Shown here in pieces: positions 1 to 9,749 of a stretch of 64,000 nt of DNA (positions within the stretch are counted from its first letter, which is position 1; each line of letters starts with the position of its first letter). The translations under genes and the position numbers were made by a program. The stretch comes from Candidatus Micrarchaeota archaeon. Its GTDB lineage: Archaea > Micrarchaeota > Micrarchaeia > Micrarchaeales > CABMGC01. The notes beneath the pieces were generated by a model. That model saw nothing but the letters and a program-made list of their open reading frames with translations, did not search any database and was not told where the DNA came from. The stretch lies in NCBI GenBank assembly GCA_021804095.1, contig JAJZKQ010000001.1, forward strand, positions 17,993 to 81,992, given 5' to 3'.

Positions 1-783
1 TGTTCCCGGAGTCTGTAGATTATGTTTGCTCTGAACGAAATCGCCGACTGCGATGAAATCATATCTGTTAGTTATAGTGCCGAGAACTCCGGAGACGACC
101 CTTACGCTTACATTTTGGCATGCGAAGTTGATTATTGGCATGGTGGCATTTACAAAAACGCTCTGTTGTCTGTTCCCAGAGGTTGAATTGAGAGTATTAT
201 AATGATTTATTCTGAAGGGCTTTCCATTGTATAGAAGTTCAACATATAAGAGCGCGTCCTTTGGTGATGTTATCCTAAAATTCAGGTATGGCTCCACCAC
301 CTTGAATGTTGGGGATGTGAGATTTCCAGGGCTGAGTGATAGACCGCCGTGGTAGGTTGTTGCAAAATAGGTACCGGAATAATTGCTCCAAGGCTGCCCA
401 TAGTAGCTTCCTTTGGCGTTTGCAGCAATTATATTTGTAGGCAAGGCAGAGCCAGTCTCATTCAGAAAGCCTTGCCCGGTTATATTCCAGTATTCATATG
501 TTCCTGTGCTGAAATTGCCATTCGGTATTGGGACTACAGGTTTTGTTGATATGCAGTTTTCATACTGCGAAGGAATACTGCTGTTGTTCTGGGATGAAGG
601 CGTGGAATTTGTTATTTTAGTGATTGTATTTGTAGTAGCTGGGGTCGTATTGGCTGTTTTTGAGGGTTTTGTTGTTACTGTCCTTATTGGAGAGGTAGAT
701 TGGCTTGGCTTCAATACTATGAATGCCAAGATTACAAGAAGTAAAAGAATCACTATGAATGCGATTATTGGTTTTTTGTTCAT
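1..783 (-). CDS. Membrane-anchored, Thr/Ser-rich surface glycoprotein (3' end beyond window)
   Basis: Manual translation MNKKPIIAFIVILLLLVILAFIVLKPSQSTSP... is open to base 1; N-terminal TM helix, T/S-rich stalk, many NxS/T sequons; absent from ORF track. Confidence 0.8.
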   Translation of the reverse strand, partial: MNKKPIIAFIVILLLLVILAFIVLKPSQSTSPIRTVTTKPSKTANTTPATTNTITKITNSTPSSQNNSSIPSQYENCISTKPVVPIPNGNFSTGTYEYWNITGQGFLNETGSALPTNIIAANAKGSYYGQPWSNYSGTYFATTYHGGLSLSPGNLTSPTFKVVEPYLNFRITSPKDALLYVELLYNGKPFRINHYNTLNSTSGNRQQSVFVNATMPIINFACQNVSVRVVSGVLGTITNRYDFIAVGDFVQSKHNLQTPGT

Positions 784-872
784 TGTATCCCGTGGTTATG
801 TATTGTATCTTCAGCTTAATGGAATATAAATCTATTCGTACTTATAGAATATGATATAATATTGGTGTTAAT

Positions 873-986
873 TTGGGAAGCATACCTAGAAAATGGAAGA
901 AGAAAGGAAGAATGAGATGGAAATGGGTAAAGAAAAGGAGGAAGAGGGTAAAGAGAACGCAGAAGAGAAGGATAGGAGATCTCTGA
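873..986 (+). CDS. rpl41e: Ribosomal protein eL41 (eS32)
   Basis: TTG start after [43 protein letters not shown] matches the archaeal L41e pattern [14 protein letters not shown]. Confidence 0.92.
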   Translation: MGSIPRKWKKKGRMRWKWVKKRRKRVKRTQKRRIGDL

Positions 987-1007
987 TTTGTATTGAAGTT
1001 GAAGTAG

Positions 1008-2249
1008 ATGAATTACAAGATACATGACTTGAGGCTGGCAGAAGAAGGGAGGAGGCAACTCGAATGGTCAGAGATGCATATGCCGGCTTTGATGGAGATG
1101 AGAAAGGAATTCTCTTCGAAGTTGCCTTTGAAAGGGCTTAGGATAGCTGCAGTCTTGCATGTGACTAAAGAGACAGGAGTTCTTGCGAGAGCCTTGAAGG
1201 ATGCCGGTGCGGAAGTATGGCTGGCCGCATCTAATCCGCTCTCCACTCAGGATGACGTTGCGGCTGCGCTTGTGGAAGACGGCATAGCAGTATTTGCATG
1301 GAGAGGGCAGAGCGAAAAAGATTATTATGACAGTGTTGAGAGTATTCTTGCTGCGAAGCCCGATATCCTTATGGACGATGGGGCTGACCTTCATGCTGCA
1401 GTACATAGCAGGTATCCTGATCTTAGGATAATAGGAGGTACGGAAGAGACAACGACTGGAGTTACAAGGCTCAAGGCATTGGAAAGAAGCGGAAAGCTCA
1501 GATATCCCATAGTGGCGGTAAACAATGCCAAGACCAAATACCTCTTTGACAACAGATATGGAACAGGCCAGAGTACAATAGACGGCATACTTCGTGCTAC
1601 TAACATATTGATTGCGGGTAAATGTGCGGTTGTCGTAGGCTATGGATGGGTAGGAAGAGGCATAGCGATGAGGCTTAAAGGACATGGGGCTTCGGTGATA
1701 GTGACAGAGGTTGACCCATTCAAGGCTCTGGAGGCTGTTATGGACGGGTTTGAGGTAATGCCAATGGCAGAGGCTTCTTCAAAAGGAGATCTTTTTGTCA
1801 CAGCGACAGGAAATAGATCAGTTATAACTAAGGAAGATATTTCTAGAATGAAGAATGGCGCCATACTATGCAATTCTGGCCACTTCGATGTAGAAATAGA
1901 TGTACGGGATCTTGAAAAAGAATCCAAGGGAAAGCGGGAGATAAGGAAGAATACGACAGAGTATGAGATTTATGGCAAGAAGATATATCTGCTTGCAGAA
2001 GGAAGACTGGTCAATCTGGGTGCAGCGGAAGGCCATCCAAGTGAAGTAATGGATATGAGTTTCTGCAACCAGGCCCTCTCTGCGATATATATAGCTGGAA
2101 AGAGGTCTATGCCGGCGAAGGTGTATGATGTTTTTGAAGAGATAGATGAGAAGGTTGCCAAACAGAAGCTTCTTTCGATGGGCATCAAGATAGATAATCT
2201 TACAGAAGCGCAGAAGAGATACATGAATGACTGGGAATCTGGGACATGA
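1008..2249 (+). CDS. ahcY: Adenosylhomocysteinase
   Basis: [44 protein letters not shown] motifs. Confidence 0.97.
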   Translation: MNYKIHDLRLAEEGRRQLEWSEMHMPALMEMRKEFSSKLPLKGLRIAAVLHVTKETGVLARALKDAGAEVWLAASNPLSTQDDVAAALVEDGIAVFAWRGQSEKDYYDSVESILAAKPDILMDDGADLHAAVHSRYPDLRIIGGTEETTTGVTRLKALERSGKLRYPIVAVNNAKTKYLFDNRYGTGQSTIDGILRATNILIAGKCAVVVGYGWVGRGIAMRLKGHGASVIVTEVDPFKALEAVMDGFEVMPMAEASSKGDLFVTATGNRSVITKEDISRMKNGAILCNSGHFDVEIDVRDLEKESKGKREIRKNTTEYEIYGKKIYLLAEGRLVNLGAAEGHPSEVMDMSFCNQALSAIYIAGKRSMPAKVYDVFEEIDEKVAKQKLLSMGIKIDNLTEAQKRYMNDWESGT

Positions 2250-2349
2250 AGTTCGTGTTCGGAATTTCCGCGTGCCTTTATTTACACTTATGGACTCATT
2301 TATAGCTAAGGGTTAAATTAACCCTTGGATATGTATTATAGGGATATTC

Positions 2350-2832
2350 ATGGAGAAAGATGGAAATTTATACCTGGAAAAGGCAGAGGGCATTTTTTCG
2401 AATAATAAGTATATGTGCATCGGTACAAGCACAAAAAAGGGCAGACCATGGGTTACTCCAGTGCTTTACGTTTACGATGAAGAGTATAGAGTCTACTTTC
2501 TCTCAGCTATAGATTCGCTTCATGCTGAGAATATAAAGGAGAATCCAGAAGTTTCCATAGCCATCTTTGATTCTGAACAGAAAATAGGCATGTCAGACGG
2601 AGTCCAGGCAAGAGGAAAGTGTAGTATGGTCGAAGAGGAAGAGATTGAAAAGGCTATAACCATGTATTGTGATAAGGTGTTTTCTGGTTCAGACGTGAAA
2701 CCTACTGACAGATATGAAACAAGCGAGTATCTTGGCGCTTCTGAATTTAGGTTCTTCAGAATAGATCTTTCTGAGATATATGTGACAGGTGCTGAGAGGA
2801 GGGTAAGGGTAGACCTTAGAGAGGAATCGTAA
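2350..2832 (+). CDS. Pyridoxamine 5'-phosphate oxidase-like FMN-binding protein
   Basis: GRPWVTPV...SLHAENIKENPEVS...GVQARG pattern. Confidence 0.8.
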   Translation: MEKDGNLYLEKAEGIFSNNKYMCIGTSTKKGRPWVTPVLYVYDEEYRVYFLSAIDSLHAENIKENPEVSIAIFDSEQKIGMSDGVQARGKCSMVEEEEIEKAITMYCDKVFSGSDVKPTDRYETSEYLGASEFRFFRIDLSEIYVTGAERRVRVDLREES

Positions 2833-2884
2833 TACGCTCCTGCTTTGGCTTTTATGCTCTTGAATCCGGAATAGCTTTTGCTCT

Positions 2885-3829
2885 TTATTTTTTAGTATAG
2901 CCTAACTTTATTGCTTTCTTTATTGAATGCTTATAAGAGACTATCCCTATTATTATAACAGCGAATATTACAAGAAAGAAGCCTATGCCCAGATTATCGA
3001 GATTGTGTATTTTTATTCCTGTGTTTATGCCGATGTTGATGAGGTTTGGATAGAGAAGAATGGCTATTCCGCCTATTACGAATGCCAGACCCCCGTATTC
3101 AAGAACATCGCTGCTTATTGTTCTTGAAACAAAACTTATTCCTTTCTTTGTTAATTTCTTTACGCTTGTAAGCCATTTGCCGAATGCTGCTCCGAAGGCT
3201 ACCTGCATAGTCATGGTTCCGAGTCCGAAAAGCAATCCTGGAAGAAAACCCAGATATGGACTTGGCATTGCAGGTGCCAATACAGTATAGATTATCAGTG
3301 CGAATGCGCCAAATCCGAAGCCGGCTATGAGCCCGTGAAGGAAAGCCGCTTTGGGGGGAACTGGACGCAGTTCTTCATCTATATCTTCGGAAGGGTTTCT
3401 CTTGTGCTCGAGCTCTTCGTGCATTTCCTTTTTCGAGTGCTTATGTATGAAGTAGGATCCGAGCTTTTCTTCGATAAAATGCCAGTGGGGATATATGCTC
3501 TTTCTTTTGATATACAATCCTGCAATAAACATGGCAAGCCCTACCAAGAGATAGGTTATTCCGAATACAGTCGCTGTCATGAAGATTCCTGCAAGGGCAA
3601 AATATGCTATCTCTGAGAGTATTGCTCTTTGGATTGTGAATCCGCTTGAGAATATGAGGCCTGATTTCATTCCGCCTTTTGTCGTTCCGCTGCCTACAGC
3701 ATATGAAAAAGTTATGGGCCATGTATGCTCGTCTGGAGTAGCCCCGTGAACAATTCCTAGAAGGTATGAAAGAATAAGCGCAGTGAAAACACTGACATTT
3801 TCAGGATTCCATAGATTTATTCCGGACAT
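2885..3829 (-). CDS. Putative Ni/Co transporter (NicO/RcnA-like) with His-rich loop
   Basis: LGIVHGATPDEHTWP, HGLIAGFG, multiple TM helices, His-rich loop; downstream of metal regulator. Confidence 0.7.
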   Translation of the reverse strand: MSGINLWNPENVSVFTALILSYLLGIVHGATPDEHTWPITFSYAVGSGTTKGGMKSGLIFSSGFTIQRAILSEIAYFALAGIFMTATVFGITYLLVGLAMFIAGLYIKRKSIYPHWHFIEEKLGSYFIHKHSKKEMHEELEHKRNPSEDIDEELRPVPPKAAFLHGLIAGFGFGAFALIIYTVLAPAMPSPYLGFLPGLLFGLGTMTMQVAFGAAFGKWLTSVKKLTKKGISFVSRTISSDVLEYGGLAFVIGGIAILLYPNLINIGINTGIKIHNLDNLGIGFFLVIFAVIIIGIVSYKHSIKKAIKLGYTKK

Positions 3830-3833
3830 ACGC

Positions 3834-4226
3834 TCACCTTATCGGTTTTCCGTGTGGGCAGTTAGTTGATCTTATTGTATTGATAAGCATCCTGCCTGTG
3901 CTGCCATCTATCTTGTAATCGAATCTTTTTATTTCCTCGCAGGCCTTATCTGGATCTATTCCTGCATTGCTGAATATTGATTCAAGACTCCTGTGGGTTG
4001 ATAGGATAAAATGATAACTTCGCATGCCTTTTTTTGTGATAGATATGGAACCATGTTTATTTTTTATAAGGCCTTTTGTCTCAAGTCTCCTGATTATTTC
4101 GTGTGTTGTCGGACTGGAAACCTCTATCTTCTTTGAAATTTCGTATAGTCTTGCTACTACTTCGTCTTTAGTTATTTCAGCTACACTGAAAAGGCAGTCC
4201 CGTTCTCTTTTTGTAAGCCGGTTCAT
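3834..4226 (-). CDS. DtxR/MntR-family metal-dependent regulator
   Basis: N-terminal wHTH (VSSPT), HRSLE, C-terminal CPHG. Confidence 0.85.
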   Translation of the reverse strand: MNRLTKRERDCLFSVAEITKDEVVARLYEISKKIEVSSPTTHEIIRRLETKGLIKNKHGSISITKKGMRSYHFILSTHRSLESIFSNAGIDPDKACEEIKRFDYKIDGSTGRMLINTIRSTNCPHGKPIR

Positions 4227-4269
4227 GCTAATATATTGAAATTAATATTTAAATATCTATGCTAATTTT

Positions 4270-4286
4270 ATTAGTACCATACTAAT
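4270..4286. promoter_or_regulatory. Palindrome ATTAGTA-CCA-TACTAAT, candidate DtxR-family operator
   Basis: Perfect inverted repeat (TTAG-N7-CTAA core) just upstream of the DtxR-like gene promoter. Confidence 0.55.
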
Positions 4287-4350
4287 TTGATGCATAAATA
4301 GCAAAAAATTGGAGATATGGAGGATTTAATTTTGGAATATTCGGAAAGCA

Positions 4351-4376
4351 TTATAAATATGATTGTCCATTCATAT
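4351..4376 (+). promoter_or_regulatory. TATA box plus ArsR/SmtB-type operator ATATGA-N8-TCATAT of the mer-like operon
   Basis: TTATAAAT at 4351; inverted repeat 4357-4376 directly before ATG 4380 (leaderless). Confidence 0.6.
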
Positions 4377-4379
4377 ACT

Positions 4380-4889
4380 ATGCGAAAAGAAAATCAGGCA
4401 ATAAATGCAATTCGTTTGGTGTTAGGTTCTAAAAAGTATTTTATTGCGTTTTTTGCTATAGCTGCATTTGCATTTCTTGCTTATTCTTATCTGCTTTTTG
4501 GCTCTACGCTGAATTTAGCTCTGCCCAAGGTTTTTGGATTTAGCATTTATCTGATATTTGTTTCAATGATGATAGGCGTTTTGCTCTCATTGACAATAGT
4601 AATGAATGTGTTTGCCTTTGCAAATGGGGCTGTGAAGGGTGGAAAGACAGGTTTGGGAGCTGCATTAATTGCGTTGGTTCCGGGAAGCCTATGCTGCACA
4701 TCTGTAATACCCGCATTGTTGGCCGCTTTTGGTGCTTCTACAGCTACAATAATAAGGATAACTGGAACAATTCAAGGACCTTTTGCAGCTTATGAAACAG
4801 GATTTATTGCTTTATCAATAGGGCTTCTTTTTTTGAGCGTTTATCTTGCTTCTAAGAGTATTCTCAGATGTAATGGGAGGAGGAAATGA
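4380..4889 (+). CDS. Membrane protein with intramembrane Cys-Cys pair (MerT-like candidate Hg transporter)
   Basis: ~4 TM helices, GSLCCTSVIP; first gene of the merA operon. Confidence 0.55.
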   Translation: MRKENQAINAIRLVLGSKKYFIAFFAIAAFAFLAYSYLLFGSTLNLALPKVFGFSIYLIFVSMMIGVLLSLTIVMNVFAFANGAVKGGKTGLGAALIALVPGSLCCTSVIPALLAAFGASTATIIRITGTIQGPFAAYETGFIALSIGLLFLSVYLASKSILRCNGRRK

Positions 4890-5443
4890 AAAAAAATATA
4901 AAAATAATTGGAATTGTCGTTGCGTTAGTGATAGTAGCATCAGTATATTTCCTGTGGCCTAGATCGACAGGCGAAAGTTCAGCAATTCAAAATATTACTA
5001 TAGGTTCGAAAGCTCCAGAAAATAACTTTCTTTTAGATAACGGCACGTATGTAAATATTTCCAAGTATAGAGGGCACCCCGTCGTACTCTGGTTTGTTGC
5101 TACTTGGTGTTCCACCTGCGCGCAGGGAAATCAGGTTTTGAATGGAAATTACCAATTTTTTAAGAAGCATGGTATAGATATCGTAGAATTAGAACTTTAT
5201 AAGGATCTTGGGTACCAAGGACCTACCATAACGAATTTCATTAGTTCGTATGCTCCTGAAGCCTATGCTAATGGTACAATAATACCCGCACTTTCAGGAA
5301 ATAATATGACATTGAAGTATGACCCGAAAGGTTATCTCGATATTTATTACCTTGTTTCAGGAAATGGTACAGTGGAGTATATAAGTGGGGAGCCTGCTTT
5401 GACTTTAGGTCAATTGAAAAATGCAATAAACAATTCATTATAG
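4886..5443 (+). CDS. Membrane-anchored thioredoxin-fold (TlpA/ResA-like) protein
   Basis: N-terminal TM, FVATWCSTC. Confidence 0.8.
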   Translation: MKKNIKIIGIVVALVIVASVYFLWPRSTGESSAIQNITIGSKAPENNFLLDNGTYVNISKYRGHPVVLWFVATWCSTCAQGNQVLNGNYQFFKKHGIDIVELELYKDLGYQGPTITNFISSYAPEAYANGTIIPALSGNNMTLKYDPKGYLDIYYLVSGNGTVEYISGEPALTLGQLKNAINNSL

Positions 5444-5447
5444 GGAT

Positions 5448-5780
5448 ATGATGGAAAAACTTGAATTCAAAGCTTTTTTTCATGCACTAGGAGATTACAG
5501 CCGGTTTGTTATATTGCATTCGCTTGCCAAACAAGATATGAGCGTGGGGGAGATAGTATCTGCAACAGGCATTGAACAGAGTAATGTTTCACATCATATG
5601 TATTGCTTGTTGAATTGTGGATTTGTAAATGTAAGGAAGGATGGGAATAAGCGCATTTATAGAATTAATGAGGAAGTGAAAGAAACAGTAGAAAAGATAA
5701 CCGAACACATAGATACCTATAAGAAAGAGATAATATCTTGTGGCATAGCAAACGGTGAATATATCTCTGGGGTAATTTAA
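5448..5780 (+). CDS. ArsR/SmtB-family metalloregulator
   Basis: ALGDYSRFVIL...QSNVSHH wHTH with several Cys. Confidence 0.88.
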   Translation: MMEKLEFKAFFHALGDYSRFVILHSLAKQDMSVGEIVSATGIEQSNVSHHMYCLLNCGFVNVRKDGNKRIYRINEEVKETVEKITEHIDTYKKEIISCGIANGEYISGVI

Positions 5781-7195
5781 TGGAAAAGTTCGATTATGCA
5801 ATATTGGGCCAAGGATCTGCTGCGTTTGCCGCAGCAATAAAAGCAAATGAGATCGGAATAAAGACAGTTATGATAGGAGGAAATGCTACAGAAGGCACGA
5901 TACTCGGAGGCACATGTATAAATGTAGGATGTGTCCCTAGCAAAAGGCTCATAACTGTAGGTACTTTTGCCGAAGAGCTTAGGAAGAGGAGGTATGCTGG
6001 ATTTGATTATAATGTTGGAAAGTTGGATTATGCGGAAATAGTAAACGAAAAGAACAAAATTGTAGAAGAACTTAGAAGTGAAAAGTATGACAGGGTTTTG
6101 GAAAGCTTGGAAAATGTCAGTTTCATAAATGGAATAGGAAGATTCATAGGTAAGGATATAATCAGAGCAGGTAAAAAGGAGATAAAGGCAGGAAATATAC
6201 TAATAGCTACAGGGGCAAGGGCCTCTGTGCCGAGGATGAAGGGAATAGAGAAGGTGAAATATTTGACAAATGAGGAAGCATTGTCAGCGAAGAAGCTTCC
6301 CGATTCAATTATTGTTGTTGGAGGCAGGGTTCTTGGTCTTGAGTTCGCGCAGATGTTCTCCAGATTTGGAGTTAAAGTCACTCTGTTACAGAGAAGTGAG
6401 AGGATAATACCCAATTGGGAGCCTGAAATAAGCAATTATCTTACAGAATATATGAGAGAAAACGGAATAAGGATAGTTACAGGAGTAAAGTTATCTGAGA
6501 TACATTCTCGAAAAGGGTTGAAGGAGATAATTGGAGAAGTTAATGGGAAGGAGGTTAGCTTTGAGGCTGAGGAAATTCTTTTTGCTACAGGCAGAAGAGC
6601 TAATATAGAGAGACTTGGTCTTGACAAGGCAGAAGTACAATTAAATGAAAGGAATTTCATAAAGATTGATAGAAGGTTAAAGACAACTGCAGATAACATA
6701 TATGCAGCAGGAGATGTTACAGGAGAGCCTATGCTTGAAACCCTGGCTGCTAAAGAAGGCAATGTGGCAACTTCGAATATCTTCCAGAACTCCAAGAAGG
6801 AGATAAATTTGAATGAAGTGCCTAGTGCTATATTTACTTATCCTGAAGCTGCGATGGTAGGCATGACGGAAGCGCAGATAATAAATAATGGGATAAAATG
6901 CAGCTGCAGCCCTTTAGAGTTTAAGTTTGTTGCCAAGTCCAGAATAATTGGGGATACGAGAGGGATTATTAAGATAGTGATAGACAGGAACACGAGGAAG
7001 ATGCTTGGAGTACATATCCTAGCTCCGCATGCGGCTGAACTTATACATGAAGGGGTACTCGCAGTGAAGTTAGGATTGACTATAGATGACATAATTGATA
7101 CGGTGCACGTCTTTCCTACGCTCAGTGAGGGCTTAAAACTGGCAGCCATGGCTTTTTATCAAGATATCTCTAAAATTAGTTGCTGCAGCGTATGA
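5780..7195 (+). CDS. merA: Mercuric reductase (no NmerA domain)
   Basis: GGTCINVGCVPSK, HVFPTLSE, C-terminal ISCC. Confidence 0.92.
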   Translation: MEKFDYAILGQGSAAFAAAIKANEIGIKTVMIGGNATEGTILGGTCINVGCVPSKRLITVGTFAEELRKRRYAGFDYNVGKLDYAEIVNEKNKIVEELRSEKYDRVLESLENVSFINGIGRFIGKDIIRAGKKEIKAGNILIATGARASVPRMKGIEKVKYLTNEEALSAKKLPDSIIVVGGRVLGLEFAQMFSRFGVKVTLLQRSERIIPNWEPEISNYLTEYMRENGIRIVTGVKLSEIHSRKGLKEIIGEVNGKEVSFEAEEILFATGRRANIERLGLDKAEVQLNERNFIKIDRRLKTTADNIYAAGDVTGEPMLETLAAKEGNVATSNIFQNSKKEINLNEVPSAIFTYPEAAMVGMTEAQIINNGIKCSCSPLEFKFVAKSRIIGDTRGIIKIVIDRNTRKMLGVHILAPHAAELIHEGVLAVKLGLTIDDIIDTVHVFPTLSEGLKLAAMAFYQDISKISCCSV

Positions 7196-7287
7196 TATGA
7201 AATTTTAGTGATCTGAATATAACCTTTTACATAAAATTAGTTGTATATATAGCTGTAATTAGTGGATAAAGGCAGTTAGTGTTTTTT

Positions 7288-7478
7288 ATGGATGAAGAGC
7301 AAATGAAAACTGAGATATCAAAACTCACCGAGAAGTATAATCGTGAGAAAGGAAAAAGATACAATGAGTAGGCTACGGAAAACGACTTTATACTGTCTTT
7401 ATTCAAGACACTGGACTAGAATACAGAAGATTCCGATGAGGTATCAAAAAAGAAGAGAACGTACCAGTTAGAACTTAA
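7288..7478 (+). pseudogene. Remnant of restriction-modification enzyme N-terminus (HsdR_N / type IIG-like)
   Basis: MDEEQMKTEISKLTEKYNREKGKRYNE*ATENDFILSLFKTLD*NTEDSDEV resembles YNE..T..DFI.PLF..LGW; two internal TAG, truncated. Confidence 0.55.
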
Positions 7479-7483
7479 TGAAA

Positions 7484-7756
7484 TCAACAAACCTTTTTAT
7501 CAGAATCTTGAGTTACTGATTGTTCACTGGCTTTGCTTGATAGTTCCAAGTCGTGTACAGTGGGGAGCCTGCCAGTTGCCTTTTTTGAATATATGGTTAT
7601 GCCGTCTTTCATCACTTCGAATGATCCCGATTGGCCCGGAATAAGCTTTAAAGAAAATTCTTCATTGTGTGCATTGCTTTCCAAAACCTTTTGGGCCAGT
7701 TCTATAGCAACTGGTAGGTAGCAGCCAACACAGAATCGCATTTCGTATTTCATCAA
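7484..7756 (-). CDS. Rdx (SelT/SelW/SelH) family protein
   Basis: FCVGCY, LIPGQSGSFEV, IYSKKATGRLP. Confidence 0.85.
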   Translation of the reverse strand: MMKYEMRFCVGCYLPVAIELAQKVLESNAHNEEFSLKLIPGQSGSFEVMKDGITIYSKKATGRLPTVHDLELSSKASEQSVTQDSDKKVC

Positions 7757-7825
7757 TTCACCTTTATATAAATACTACAAAAGATAAAGTATTTATACTA
7801 CAATGTTCAAACTATTGTAGATGCT

Positions 7826-8215
7826 ATGAAGAATCAAAGTAGTGAATCTAAAACTTATTGTTTTTGTGCTCTCGATGGTACCATGAATCTTTTAGGAAAG
7901 AAGTGGGTCCTTTTCACGATAAATGTGATTGGAAATCATGGAACTGTTAGATTTACTGATCTTTCTAGAGAATTGCAAGGCATTTCGCAGTCAACGCTCG
8001 CTTGGATACTTAAAAACCTAGAGCATACAGACATTATTGAGAGGAAATCGTTTGCAGAGATACCTCCGAGAGTCGAGTATTCGCTAACAAGGAAGGGCAG
8101 CGAGCTAAGAAAAGCGTTAGTACCCCTGCTTTTCTGGGCTGCAAAGCAAGATGATTACTCAAAGAAGGTTGAGAAGTGTGATCAAAACCAGTACGTCAGA
8201 GTCAATATAATTTAA
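7826..8215 (+). CDS. HxlR-family regulator
   Basis: GKKW...RFTDL...PPRVEYSLT; N-terminal Cys. Confidence 0.9.
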   Translation: MKNQSSESKTYCFCALDGTMNLLGKKWVLFTINVIGNHGTVRFTDLSRELQGISQSTLAWILKNLEHTDIIERKSFAEIPPRVEYSLTRKGSELRKALVPLLFWAAKQDDYSKKVEKCDQNQYVRVNII

Positions 8216-8250
8216 GATTAGCTACTACTTTAGAGTAGATAGATTTATAT

Positions 8251-8270
8251 ATTATATATGTATATATAAT
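8251..8270. promoter_or_regulatory. Palindrome ATTATATA-TGTA-TATATAAT, candidate TA autoregulatory operator
   Basis: Inverted repeat between TATA box and ATG 8274; AT-only, so could be chance. Confidence 0.35.
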
Positions 8271-8273
8271 ACC

Positions 8274-8537
8274 ATGCAGAAACAACGGATGATGCACTAC
8301 CCGAGACTTGATACTGTGCTTATGGTAGAAGATGCAATTAGAGATGCAAAGGAATATCCATCAAAGAGGCAGCTTTGGCTATCTTTGAAGAGAAAGGTGA
8401 TGTACCAAACCTTCAATGTAATAATATCGTATCTTGAAGATTCAGGCAAGATTTTGCAGAAGAACGGTAAGATAATCTGGATATGGAACCCCGAACTGGT
8501 TAAGAAGTACGGCAATAGCAACTTGGTGTTGAAATAA
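8274..8537 (+). CDS. Small wHTH-like protein, probable antitoxin
   Basis: HYPRLDTVLMVE...LEDSGKI; stop overlaps start of RelE-like gene. Confidence 0.6.
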   Translation: MQKQRMMHYPRLDTVLMVEDAIRDAKEYPSKRQLWLSLKRKVMYQTFNVIISYLEDSGKILQKNGKIIWIWNPELVKKYGNSNLVLK

Positions 8538-8866
8538 ACGGCAACAGGAAGATTAGCGTAGTCTTTGCAGATGAAAAATTGCAAAAGGCGTACTTTAAGG
8601 TAAAGGTAGAAAATCCAATTCTTTACAAGTTCCTTGACAGGGCAACAGATGATTTGAAGGCCGACCCAAAATGCGGCATAGAGATACCTAAACGTTTGAT
8701 TCCAAAAGAGTATAAGCAAAAATACGGAATAAACAACTTATGGAAGTACAACCTTCCTAATGCTTGGAGGCTTGTTTATTCTATAACTGGCAATGAAGTC
8801 GAGATAATTGCCATATTGCTTGAGTGGTTTGACCATAAAGACTATGAACGACGCTTTAAGTACTGA
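8534..8866 (+). CDS. RelE-like toxin (probable ATA start at 8534)
   Basis: NLWKYNLPNAWRLVYSI...HKDYERRFKY; frame open from 8519; GGTG SD before ATA. Confidence 0.65.
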   Translation: MNGNRKISVVFADEKLQKAYFKVKVENPILYKFLDRATDDLKADPKCGIEIPKRLIPKEYKQKYGINNLWKYNLPNAWRLVYSITGNEVEIIAILLEWFDHKDYERRFKY

Positions 8867-8875
8867 TTTTTCTCT

Positions 8876-9706
8876 TCAGAAGTTCTGTTGTCGTAATGAA
8901 AACGATTTGTCTATCTCATTGTATAACTCTTGCTTGGTAGTGCTTATGTAGGTCAGCGTTACAGCTGTTGCTCTATGGCGAGCAAACTTGGCTGTAAGAA
9001 TGATATTGCCGTTTGTCTGCTTAGAAAAGCTAGTTATTGCATAATGTCTGAGGCTATGAGTAGTAAGCCTGTGTAGGCTTCTAGGAACATTATCATAATT
9101 GGTTTCATCGCTGCTATCATATATTCTGTCTAGCCCTGCTTTCTGAACGTAATGCCTGAACCTGTTTCTAAGATAGTCCTTGCTTAGATACTGCTCATTT
9201 CTTTCGCTGTAATAGCCATCTTCTTTGAAGAACAGATAGCCCATAGATGTTTCTCTCCGCTTCTTGTTTTGCTTTAGGAATTCAAGCGTCAGCCTGAAGA
9301 GAGGTATTGGTAGGATTAAAGTGTCCAATGTGTTTGACTTTTCACTTTTTATAGTAAGTTCTCTTGTTTGGAAGTCAATATTCTTGATATTGAGTCTTAC
9401 TGCTTCTCCTACTCTTATGCCAAGCTGCGCTTGATAGGAAAAGAGCAGTTGAAGTTTCGGGTTGTCTATAATCCTGAAGAACAGCTGCACCTCCTGTTCG
9501 GTAAAACCTTTGTTGAGGCTTCCGTATTTAGGAGGTTGATTCTTTGCAAACTTCTTTAGAAATTGTTTGTGTACAATTTTCTTTATGAACTTCATCTGAT
9601 GATAGGTAAGCTTTGGAAGCACTGAATACAAGTCGTTTATAACGACTTTCGTATTCGGATTCCTTTTTCGGATTTGAACACGCCTTTTCTTTCTGATTTT
9701 GCTTGA
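8876..9706 (-). mobile_element. Tyrosine integrase, probably 5'-truncated
   Basis: IRVGE, HSLRH, ARH, LTY catalytic motifs; frame open to 9706 with no ATG upstream of TTG 9631; next to tRNA-Glu 3' end. Confidence 0.85.
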
Positions 9707-9713
9707 TTATCTA

Positions 9714-9730
9714 GGATTTGAACCCGCGAC
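9714..9730 (-). repeat. tRNA T-arm-like fragment (att-like scar)
   Basis: GGATTTGAACCCG identical to 9761-9773 of tRNA-Glu; shorter copy GGATTTGAAC at 9670. Confidence 0.55.
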
Positions 9731-9749
9731 TTACGTCGTGAATTTTGAG

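Noticed and set aside
413..829. Plus-strand hydrophobic ORF and the many other antisense ORFs in the track
   Set aside because: Shadows of genes on the opposite strand
7288..7478. Two in-frame TAGs as sign of amber recoding
   Set aside because: TAG terminates many intact genes in the window, and the fragment is truncated, so it is a pseudogene
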